The notes under the pieces are model-generated. The model was not told the origin of the DNA, did no database searches, and saw only the letters and a list, made by a program, of their open reading frames with translations. Source: Malacoraja senta (lineage: Eukaryota). From it: a stretch of DNA of 64,000 nucleotides. Positions within the stretch are counted from its first letter, which is position 1, and the number at the start of each line of letters is the position of its first letter. The stretch spans positions 1,860,001-1,924,000 of the forward strand of contig CM075991.1 in the NCBI GenBank assembly GCA_038087875.1. The letters are read 5' to 3'. Shown here one piece after another: positions 52,945 through 64,000 of the stretch. Made by a program: the position numbers and the translations under genes.

Positions 52945-55900
52945 GTTTTAAAGTGATTCCAACATGAGTAAAATCTGATTTACGTTAGGATTTATGGAAT
53001 GAAACCCTTACATCAATCAGGGAGTGTATGTAAGAAATCCTTTGGGATTTTCTTTAATGTGACTCACCAAAGACATGTTGTGGCCCCTTTTTGACCCTTT
53101 GAATTGCCCACTTGAATTCTTTATATTCCTCAAAGGCCCTCTGATTCCATCCTCAAATCCTGCGTGCACTCCATTTTTCCATTTGACCAAATTTATAACC
53201 TCTTTGGTGATCTAATGTTCCATCAATTTGCCGTCCTCATCCCTCATCCCCATGGGAACAGTTCTGAACTTGAATCAACTGGTCTTTAGGCGATTCCCAC
53301 ATGACGGATGTAGAATTACCACTGACTCAGTGCTCCCACTGTACTCTCCTGAGCTCCTGCCTAATTAATTTGTAGTTTGCCTTAACCTGGTTTAGTACTT
53401 TAGTAAGGTTCAGTCTTTTCCGCATTTAAAACAATATCAAAACCGATGGAGTTGTGATCACTAGCCCTGAAATGCTCTCCCACTGAAACACCAGTCACCG
53501 GGCCAAGCTCATTTCCCAACACAAGGTCCAGTATGTTCCCTTCCAGGGTCAGACTACCCACATAATTGTTCAAGAAACCCTTATGGATACACCTCACAAT
53601 AAGCCTTTTGCAATGAGTAATTTGGAGTCAAAGTCACTACTAAGTCCTCTGTGGGAAATCTGTCTATGTATCTGTTCCACTATCTCCTGCTTGCTATTGT
53701 GTGTGTGTTTGGGGTGGTCTATATACAATCTCATGATTACAGTACAATCTTATTTCTAAGCTTCACTCATATTACCTCCGCAGATGAAACGTCCAATGCG
53801 TCGTCTCTGAGTGCTGCTGTGACAGTCTCCTTTATTAGTCGTGCACCTCCTCCACCTCTTTTGCCTCCCTCCCGACCATATCTGAAACAACAAAACCCTG
53901 GAACATTGAGCTGCCACTGGAATACCTCTCGCAACCACATTTCCACAATGGCCACATTGTAGTAATTCACGCGTCTTTATTCACAATTACAACTGTTAAA
54001 CACACACGTCAGAGCTCTAGCAAGGTCTGTAGGACACACCCGCGGACTGATGATGATCTTCACTCGCAAACTCCCGTGTGACCCAAACAGTCACGTGAAC
54101 TTTCCACCTCAACTGACGAGGGTTCGATCCATAAGTGGCTCAACCACCAGATAGCGCCAAATGGCTCACCCACCCCCCCAGAACCGGAGGAACGAGTAGG
54201 CAGACGAATGTGGTGGCCCGACCTCGTACACACAGCACCCTTGCTCACGGAAACAATCGGCAAAGGCGTGAGCAGAAGTGGGTCGGATGGCGGACGCCCC
54301 TGACGGCGAGGGAAGGCCACATGCACGGGCTGACTAATGTCCAAATGAGCCGGCTGAAGGCGAGCAACTGACACAGTCTCTCGCCGGCTCCCCATGTTGA
54401 GCACAAAATTCGAGGTGCCGTGCTGCAGCACCCGGAAAGGACCCTCATACGGTCGTTGCAGCGGTGTCCGGTGAGCACGATGCAGGAAAACATGCTGGCA
54501 GTCCATGAGGGCAGAAGGGACGTGCGTAGGAGTAAGTCCGTGACAGGACGTCGGAACAGGGGAAAGCGTGCCCACCTTTTCCCGGAGACGCACCAGCAGG
54601 GACGAGGGCGGCTCCTGCTGCCCATGTGCCGCGGGAATGAAATCCCCTGGAACTGTAAGCGGGGTGCCATACACCAACAGCAGAAGTAACCAAGTCCTCC
54701 ATTGGAGCCGCGCGGATCCCCAACAGAAGCCATAGCAACTCATCCAACCAATCCGGACCCGTGAGCCGCACCTTCAAGGAAGCTTACAGGTGTCGGTGAA
54801 ACCGCTCGACCCAACCGTTGGATTGTGGTGGTAATCCATGGTGTGATGTAGCTGAGCTCCCAACAGCCGGGACATGGCAGACCATAACTCGGAAGGTGAA
54901 CTGTGTACCCCTGTCAGACTAGATGTCCATCGACACACCGAAACGAGCAATCCAGTGGGCAGCGAGGGCACGTGCACACATTGCAGCAGAGATATCATCG
55001 AGTGGGACAGCCTCCGTCCACCGCGTGAAGCGATCCACAACGGTGAGAAGCTGAATGAAACCCCTGCATGGGGGGCAGCAGACCCAGATGTCAACGTAAA
55101 CCGCCGGTGAGGTGAGGCAAAATTCTGCAAGGGCGCCTTGACGTGACGCTAGACCTTGTACGTCTGACAGGAATACATGCCCTGGCCCAGTCGCCGACCT
55201 GCTTGTGCAACCCATGCCACATAAACCTGGCCGCCATCAATGCTGTCTTCGCCCGGATGGCAGGGTGAGCCAAACCATAAATCATGTCGAACACCCGGCG
55301 ACACCAAGCTGCAGGGATGATCGGTCTCAGCTGACCAGTAGACACATCACACACAACCGTTGGACCAGCGGCACCAAACCACACATCCTCCATCACCAGG
55401 CCAGAAATGGTGATGCGGTAGGCGAGCATCTCTGCATCCGCCTGCTGTGCAGCCGCCAAGGCCGTATAGTCAATGCCCGGGCCAAATCGTGGACGGCATC
55501 GATGGCAGTGAGGGCGACTGCATCGGCGACCTGGTTGCTCATACCCGCGATATGGCAGACGCAGGTCGTGTACTCGGAAACATAGGCCAAGTGAAGCTGC
55601 TGCCTTGATGACCAGGGATCAGACACCTTCGCGAAGGCAAACATAAGGGGCTTGTGATATGTAAGGCCGTAAAAGCTCTGCCCTCGAAGAAATACCAAAA
55701 AATTTCGAACGACCAGGTAAAGCGCAAGTAGCTCGCGATCAAAAGCACTGTACATCCGTTAGGAGGTCGCAGGTGATGACTGAAAAATGCAAGGGGCTGC
55801 CAGCCTCCAGCAATCAACTGCTCCAGCACGTCCCCCACTGTGGTGTCAATGGTGTCAACCGTCAGTGCGGTCGGGGCATCAGCCCGCGGATGGACCAGCA

Positions 55901-57550
55901 TCGTCGCCTTCGCCAGCGCCTCTTTCGCGCCGGTGAGAGCGGCCGTGGCCTCATCATCCCACACGAGGTCCCGCGGCTTGCTGGCCAGGAATTTGAACAA
56001 CGGCCGCATGATCTGAGCAGCCGCTGGCACGAAACAATGGTAAAAGTTCACCATGCCCACAAACACCTGGAGACGTTTCACCATGGATGGTCGAGGAAAC
56101 TGGCGAATGGCCTCAACCTTGTCCGGGAGCGGGACTGCACCATGCGGGGTAACATGATGGCTGAGGAAAGTTATGGTACTAAGACCAAACTGACACTTAG
56201 CCACGTTGATGGCCAGGCCATGCTCGCTGAGCCATTGACAGGTAACCGAGATGAGCACAGAGTGACTGGCGACGAAGATATCATCCACGTAAATAATTAG
56301 TAAGTCCAAACCATGGCCCACCATGTCCATCGGTCGCTGAAAGCCTGAACACCATTCTTGAGGCTGAACGGCATCCGGAGGAACTCAAACATCCCAAAAG
56401 GGGTGATGAGAGCCGCCTACGGTACGTAGTTCGGATGGACCGGGATCTGGTGACAGCCCCGAACCAGGTCGACTTTAGAAAATAACTTGGCGCTGTCCAG
56501 ATGAGCCGTGAAGTCCTGGATGTGAGGATTGAGATGGCGATAATCCCTACAAGGCCTCCAGCCCCCAGACACTTTGGGGACCATGTGAAGCAGATAGGCC
56601 CGTGGCTGTCGTAGCGACGCACAATACCCATGGCCTCCATCTGACGGAACTCGGCCTTGGTAATTTGAAGCATGTCGGGGGGAGGCCTGCGTGCATGTGA
56701 GTGGAGTGGCGGCCAGTGGTGGGAATATGCTGCACCACCCCATGTTTGGGGTTGGCCGAATGAAACTGGGGGTGTAGAATGTCGGCGAATTCCGCCAAAA
56801 TCTGGGCGTAGGCATTGTCCACGGAAGGCACCGACAGCTTGCGATCGCCGGGACCACCCATGAGTCTCACAGCCCAGTCGCAGCGGCTGAGCCCGAAGTG
56901 CGCAAAGGAGCGCTTTGAGGCCATGTAGTTGCAGTCAGCTGGTGGCTGGTGAAGGTAATGGACAAGGCGACTGATAATGTCCTGATCCAGCGCACGGATC
57001 ACATAGTAATATTTGGTCTCGTCAGCCATACATGGGGCTGCGCCAGTCTCTGCTGCTGCTGTAGGACACACCAGTGGACTGATGACGATCTTCACTCGCA
57101 AACTCCCGCCAACTCAGTCACCTGACCGTTCCACCTCTACTGTCGAGGGTTCAATCTATAAGGTGCTCAACCACCAGATGGCGCCACAACATCATCATTG
57201 TCCCAAGCACCGATCCAGGCTCAAAGTATGTCTGCTTTCTTCACATACTCCTTGCATTGGAATAAACACACTTCAGCCCATCACCATAAACCACCTCTCT
57301 TTCTGTCCTATCTTTGGGTGCTACTGATCCGAACCCCCACCTTTAATCACTTCTTCCAAAATGTGCTTCTCTATTTTAAACCCTCCCAAGTAGCACTAGC
57401 AAACCTTCCAGTAAAGGTAGTGGTCCTTCTCCAGATCAGATGTAACCCATCCGTCTTGTACACGTCACCACTGCCGCAGAAAAGACCCCAATGGTCTAAA
57501 AATCTGAATCCCTTCCGCCTGCAATAGCCCTTGAGCCACACATTCATCCA
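52945..57550 (-). mobile_element. CR1 (EN region) split by the Gypsy provirus
   Basis: LEGNILDLVLGNE, SDHNSI, VAIVEMWL on the left. Continues after 57193. Confidence 0.75.
53958..57188 (-). mobile_element. Ty3/Gypsy LTR retrotransposon, decayed but bounded by both LTR ends and a 4-bp TSD
   Basis: TSD ACAT (53954-53957, 57189-57192). TG...CA ends. LTRs at about 53958-54160 and 57060-57188 (partial). Gag TKYYYVIRALD, RT WRPCRDYR / KVDLVRGCHQIPV / YVDD, RH PLAFFS / YSAFDRELLA, IN LAHP / VVDRFTRW, G-rich PPT. Confidence 0.93.
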
Positions 57551-58539
57551 CTTGTCATTCTGCCTTGTTCATTCTTTCCTTATAACTGAAATCCTGGGGT
57601 CAAGGAAAGAGCGTTCACGTCGCGGCCCTGTTTCCACCAATCTTTCCACCACCACGCACAAGAAGCACAAGAAGCGACAAGACAGACACCATTGTATGCA
57701 GATGCCGAGAAGTGTGTTCAGCTCTGGCTGAGCAACCTCTAATCTTGTGTGTGGACTCGATAAGAAGAAGAACTGAAATCCTCCAATGCAGAGAATTTCA
57801 TGCTTAATCTCGTCTGCACATTTCCTCACAATAGCAGGTGTTTAAACTCCACAAATGAGTTACAACATCTCTGACAGTGCACCACTCTCAGTGATGTCGG
57901 ATGCATTGGCCCAATTTATCTCTTCTGTTCTCCAGAGAGCGACGAGAATTCATGTCCTGACTTAACAAAAAAATTTCAATCATCATACTATGTTGGTGTA
58001 GTATAATTCCACTGTCGCTACAAAACGGTATATTCAGATTGGCATGACACCAGTAACCAGCCTCCAACACCCCTTCCATACACTTACACAATGATATTAC
58101 CAAGTGTCTATAAGAGAGCAATTATGCATGTTGCCGATAAAGGATCCAGTCACACTTCAAGAGAAAGTGTGTGAATGTATTGGGTCGGCCAGCATACATC
58201 CTAAAAACAAATGAATGAGTTATTGGCTTTGGTTTTGGTGTGGTCTTGCCATAGACCGTCATATTTATCTAGATACAGCAATGGTCATTTGTAACTACAG
58301 TAATTCCCCGCAATAACGTATTTCGGTCAAAACAGACCAATTGTGTAAAATAACCGAGTTGGTTGTTTCATGAATGACCACTAGGGGGATGGAACGATTC
58401 TTGGTTTATTTTAGTGTCGAGATACAGGTACTGTACATTGGTGTTGCTTTGTTTCTTCTACTGTCTTTACTACTGTATTAACAAAGCATTTTGAATACTG
58501 GAAAATTACACATTTAAATACAGTTTTGGAACCTTTTTA

Positions 58540-58650
58540 GCTTAGTTTAGTTTAGTTCAGTTTAGGGATACAGCGTGGAAACACAGAATCCGCGCCGATC
58601 AGCGATCACCTGTACGTTAGTTCTGTCCTACACACTAGGGACAATTCACA
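58540..58650 (-). mobile_element. SINE/CR1-type 3' tail fragment
   Basis: (TTTAG)n-GATACAGCGTGGAAAC...CCTACACACTAGGGACAATT. Confidence 0.6.
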
Positions 58651-60008
58651 AAGTATAGGTAGAACTACCGCAGTGGTTCTATCTTCCCTCCCACGTAACT
58701 GCTGTAGTGGTTCTATCCTTGCAGAGACGGAAACCGCTGTCAAAACATGGAGGGGACCCGGGACAGGAGGGCACAATTTCTTGGCGGCCGCACAAGCGAT
58801 GAATCGGAAGCTTCAGCCGTGCGCCCTGTGAACGGTAATTAGCTCGGGATTCTTCCAGTTTCCAGCCCCGCCACGTGGATGCCTCTACTACCGAGCCGTT
58901 ACCGTTAGAATGCATCAATTAGTGTAGATCTGTACTACAGATTTAAAACACTGGACATCATAATATAGGACAGGACACTTTCAAGCAGCTTGTCATGTCC
59001 TATATTATGTTGTCCACTGCCCAGCATGATGTCCAGTGTTTTTTTTTTAAATCTGTGGTAGCTCTAGTATGGAAATTACAGTATGAGCTATTAAAACCAA
59101 GCAATATATAAATGATCTGCATTATATGCAATCTAAAACTTTGTATTCTTTGTATTCTTGGATGTATTAAACATTTTTCCCCCAATTGCCAGCTGTAAAA
59201 ATAGAGGGTGTCAATTAGTTAATAAAATTGCTTTATAATCTGCAGAGCATTTGGGACTGTAATTGTGTGTTTTGTTGCCTTTGGCTCGAAGGGTCGAATG
59301 GCCTCCTCCTGCACCTATTTTCTATGTTTCTATGCAACTGTCATGCACGAAATTTTTGTTCAGACTTGTTTGAATAACAATAAAGGAAATTCAATTCAAT
59401 TCAATTCAATCTAGAGGTGGAGATTCCCTCCCTCTATATGAAATGATTCATGATGGAAATCATACATTCATAATTTCAAGACACAATCAGAATTCAATTG
59501 TATTCAATTTTGTCAATTACTTCATGTAACGCCAATATCTGATTACAACATTCATGAACTTAAATGAGACCCAAGTAAAAACCATAAAATGTATGGATTT
59601 CTCTAATAAAGAACTTAGAAATGTAGTTCATACGAATTCAAATTCCCTCATAAAATGTTAGAAATTTGTAAAAAGGGTTGCAATGAAAGTTTGATTCACA
59701 AGAATTGGTATTTAGCAACACTTTATTAGTATCATTAACACTTAGTTATAATATTTTATTAGTATTATTAACACCTAGTTATATTCATTTAGACAAGTGA
59801 AACTTCCAATACACGCCGTCTGGAATCTGACCGCCGACCACCAACATCGAGCAGCCTTCTGCGGTCTGCGGTCTTGCAGTCTGCGGTCTGCGGTTTGAGG
59901 GCATCTCTTCAAACATCCTCCACATTGGACCGTCAGACATTCGATGTTCACAAATCAGCCTCCACAAGTTCAAATGATTTTTGTGCTCGCGCCTGACTTT
60001 TTAAAAGC

Positions 60009-60189
60009 ATCTCCCGTTAATTTAATTCAAAGGAACGCATCATACTTGAAGTAAGGTCAGTTCATACAATTATATTATGAGGATTAATGAATGGATTTCG
60101 ATGCAACAATGGCAGACAGTTAACACATCGTTTCGTGAAGGGACCTGCTTCAAGTATTCGCGTTCCTTTGAATAAAATTAATGGGAGAT
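60009..60189. repeat. Inverted repeat, about 50-bp arms (MITE-like)
   Basis: ATCTCCCGTTAATTTAATTCAAAGGAACGC...TACTTGAAG pairs with CTTCAAGTA...GCGTTCCTTTGAATAAAATTAATGGGAGAT. Confidence 0.8.
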
Positions 60190-61889
60190 AAACAATAGAC
60201 AATGTCATTAAAACTCAGATGATTCGAGGCATTTAACACTCCATTCCATTCCTCTGACATGAAAACAATGTGACACAATTATAATTACTAAGGATGCAGG
60301 AATCGGATCGATGGCAGTTAACAGTCACAAAGACAGTTAGCAAATCGTTTTTTTTGTCAGAAGAATGCAGTGATACGAATGACTCGAATCGAACATCTCG
60401 ACTCGAACGACTTTAAATGAACGAAAACCTGACATACCTTCCAAAGCTTGTAACATACCTTACAAAGCTTGTAACCTCTGAAAACATGGAGGGACCGTCC
60501 CCTCTGGCCCCCGGGTTTTCCGCCATTGTATCTTTGCTCCACATTGCAAATCCAAAGACATTGTGACAGCATGGGTCCGCCAACCCCGCCATCACGTGCA
60601 GGTCTGTGGCCCAACTAGTCTCCGTGAACCACCGGCGGAGCCGCCGCTGCAGAGTCAGAGAACTGGTCCAACCCCGACCGTCCCCCGTGACCGCGCCCCA
60701 CGCAAAGTGCAGGCCTGCAGCCCAACTGGTTACCCATGAACCGCTGAACCTCAGCACCATCATCCCGTGCCTGACCCCGGCATCCCCTTCCCGCACCCAA
60801 CCCCACCCACCCTCCTCCCCCCGGGTGCCCCCGGTCACACATGCTCCACGCCACACATGACGGCAACTCACAGTGTGGATAGAACCAATAAACAGGAGCA
60901 CAGAAAACCCACGCGGCCACAGGGATCAAAAACCTGGCCCCTGCGTCGCGAGGCAGCAGCTCTCCAGCAACGAACACGGAACCAACAAACCACACACGCC
61001 CCCATGTCTCCGTAACGCAGGAGGAAAGCTCGCTGCCACAGGGAGCACTGGAGGCCTGGATCAAGCTCGGGTCTCTTGCTGCCACTGTGCCATCGCAAGT
61101 TATTGTGAATTTTGGGCCCCTTTATTGCATATTATGTAGTGTATGATTATTAGTTGTTTTTCCCATTAGTATTGTGCTTATTTATCCCCTTGTTCGGTTA
61201 TAGCAGACAATCGGTAATAACGACTCCCCTCCCATATTCCGTTACAGCGTTGGTTTACTGTAATTAACTGATGTGATTTGCTGAGGGTGCAAGTAGATAT
61301 TTAAATATGATAACTTTCAAATTTCATAAAACACCATGCAAATTAACTATTGCCAAGAGATCCATATAGAATTAGTATAGCAACATGTTCAGTTTCATTT
61401 GATGTGTCACACAGACCAAAAAAAAAGTGTTTGGCTCATGCAACTTTAGGGTACGAAAATAAATAGATAACATACAGTATTTATATCAACTACCCTTGAC
61501 ATTGTAAGTCTTGATGCGGGATGTGGACCAAAATGTCAACTGCCCTTTGGCTCCTGAGATGATGCTTGACCTGTTGTGGTCCTCCAAGCAGTTTATTTTG
61601 CATCATATTTGACAATAATTTTTTTTACTTTATGTATATAAAAGTTAATATTTTCAGTGCAAGCGTTGTCTCCTGTTCAGTATTTGCATTTTCAAGCTAT
61701 TTTAGAAGCAACATTTCTCCAATGAGCAATTTATTTCCTGCAAATCTCCAAATTGATTTCCTTGCATTATGCCTGCTTGCCCCAGATCCAGCTGTTACAT
61801 GAGATGTTTACTTTCATCATGCTTCACGCAGTCTTCATTTCTTCAAGGCCTTTGGGGCTTAGATTTAATCTTATGTTTCTCCAGTTAAT

Positions 61890-63927
61890 TCAATAGAAAA
61901 CAACAGGCCGACATCCGCTAAAATCCGAGAAAAACGGGAGAAAAATAACGGACTGACCTGCAGAGATCGCCGCGGCAGCTTGAGTGATGTCATCAGACTG
62001 CGACTCCGGAGATCCAATGTCGGTTAAAGCACTCCCCCCAAAGGGACGGCTTAAAAAACCCGGAAAGGGCAAACAACCGGTGGAAGAAGCAGGCCCGACT
62101 GAAGCCACGGGCTCAGTTTCAACGTCGTCCCAGGAGGACGTTTCAAAAGGGCCAGAAGACAAAGACAAGAAAAGTGAAATGGAGGAACTTTGCATCCTTT
62201 TCACAAAGGAATCTGCAAGTATAAGAGAAGAATTGATAAACTTTAAAAAAGAATAAACATTAAAGAAATACTGAAATGTTTTAAAAAAAAATTAAAGAAG
62301 AACTCTTAGATTTTGAAGATAAAATCACGAATTTGTCGTGAAGAACTGGCTACCATGATGGATGAAATGTCTGCAAATCTCGATTTACAAATCAAAGAAG
62401 TAAACGAGAAAATTAAGTCGATTGAATCCAACCTTAATGCTAGGTTGGATCCTGCCATCACCGCAATAAATCAACAAACTGAAGCCATAACTCAATTGGA
62501 GTCAATTGCCGAAACGAGCTCTGACACTACAAATACACTCTCGCCGAGAACAAGCATTTATCAGCTTACTGCATAAAGTAACTGAAAAATGTATTTGACT
62601 TGGAGGGACGTCAGAGACGTCAGAATTTAAGAATTGTTGGCGTTCGAGAAGGTAAAGACGGAACTAAAGATCTCCGAGACTTTGCCGCAGACTTATTTTA
62701 AAAAGTCTTGAATTTAGATCAAATGCCTTTATTAGGCTGGGCACACAGAGTTCTGGGACGTCGCTCGGACTGAACGCCCCCCCAAGGCAACTGATAGTGA
62801 AGTGCAATTTGATCATGTTTTGGATGATATCATGAAAAAAATTGCTGGCACCAGAAATCTTCTGTTTGAGGGAGACAAAATTAGCATATTTAGAGATTAT
62901 CCTGCAGAGGTGGTCAGAAGGAAAGCGTTATTCACCGAGACAAGAGGGATTCTTAAGAAGATAGACAACTTGAGATATGGACTGCTGTACCCTGCAAGAT
63001 TGGAGTCACCTATAAGCAGAAGGAACATATTTTCACTAATCACAAGGAAGCATTGGCATTCGCCCAGAATATCGTGGACTCGAGGGATGATTGAATAATA
63101 TTCATATGATATCTTCATCTTGCTGAGAATAAATGGTACTTTATACCGCTTTACTCAAGGACTAATGAAAGCTGGATAACGACAGCTGAGCAAACCTTGC
63201 TATGGACATATTTTTTAAATATTTTAGTACTATTACTAACAATTACTAATTATTAAGAATAATTATGATTATTATTAGAATAATAGTTAAAAATTTGAAT
63301 TGTAAACAAGGTATAATCTAGGTATTTTATTTATACAAACTTGGTATGTTTTTCATTTTTTTTTCAATCAGACTAACATTTGACTAATACTTAGCCAAGA
63401 GAGTAATGTTCTCATTACATGATTACTATCTTTTGGACCAAAAATAGTTCTAATATCAATCCCGTAAATTACTTTTATTGATTTTTTTTTTACTATAGCG
63501 TGGAGCTAGTAATAATTTTTTATAAGGCTACGGAAGTCCTTAGATGGCCAACCACGCTAGTGTGGCTATCACTAACTACACTAATTGTAGATGTAGTTTC
63601 TTCTTTTTTCTTGCACTTTACTAACCCTTTATTTTTTTACTTTCTTTATTTTTTACTTAATACTATCTTAAACTTGAATTGAATTATAAGTATTATTTAT
63701 GGAGATATGTCCGTGAGGAAGATCTATTAGATTTAAAACTCATCTGTCTTGTGTTCGGGTGGAATGTCTGGTTTACTGTGCTGAGCTTTCTGCTCTTTTA
63801 TGGACTACCCTAACCACAAGATGCAAGACGTTAATAGAAAAAACGGGGTTCAATGAATTACTTTTTGTAGCTGGAACGTTAAGGGAATTAATGACCAATC
63901 AAGAGAGGTAAAGTATTAGCACACTTA
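61890..63927 (+). mobile_element. L1 5' portion: 5'UTR, degenerate ORF1, AT-rich spacer, start of ORF2 endonuclease
   Basis: Coiled coil, LEGRQRRQNLRIVGVREG, AHRV, KISIFRDYPAEV...YGLLYPARL, then TFCSWNVKGIN. Confidence 0.9.
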
Positions 63928-64000
63928 TATAACCATATAACCATAACAGCACGGAAACAGGCCATCTCGGCCCTTCAAGTCCGTGCCGAACATTTTTTTT

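Noticed and set aside
54044..54075. CTGATGA in both Gypsy LTRs as a hammerhead core
   Set aside because: No stem II, and GCAAAC in place of GAAAC
57590..58220. Non-repeat-looking segment with minus-strand acceptor and short Cys-rich ORFs
   Set aside because: Stops in all frames examined and no convincing domain match by eye

Overview
This is eukaryotic, repeat-saturated vertebrate DNA. The CR1/HER1-type LINEs, HE1/V-SINE-like pieces and inverted Penelope-type LTRs point to a cartilaginous fish, probably a skate or ray (inference). Most of the window is decayed, nested mobile DNA. It includes a DIRS-type tyrosine-recombinase retrotransposon (RT-RNaseH-Dam-like MTase-YR), three L1 elements, many CR1 and L2 fragments, a HERO-like RLE LINE, and a decayed Gypsy provirus bounded by both LTR ends and a TSD, plus LTR relics. 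It also has an ERV env fragment, THAP-bearing foldback DNA elements (ISL2EU/PHIS-like), a hAT-like element with a 5-bp TSD, and GC-rich non-autonomous retroposons. Host-gene signal is limited to a minus-strand group-B SRCR exon (CD163/DMBT1/WC1-like) with an in-frame stop, a 33-bp candidate micro-exon upstream of it, and a probable linker histone H1 pseudogene. I see no intact long host CDS, rRNA, tRNA gene or CRISPR array. All calls were made by eye without database searches, and fragment boundaries are approximate unless a TSD or splice site is quoted.
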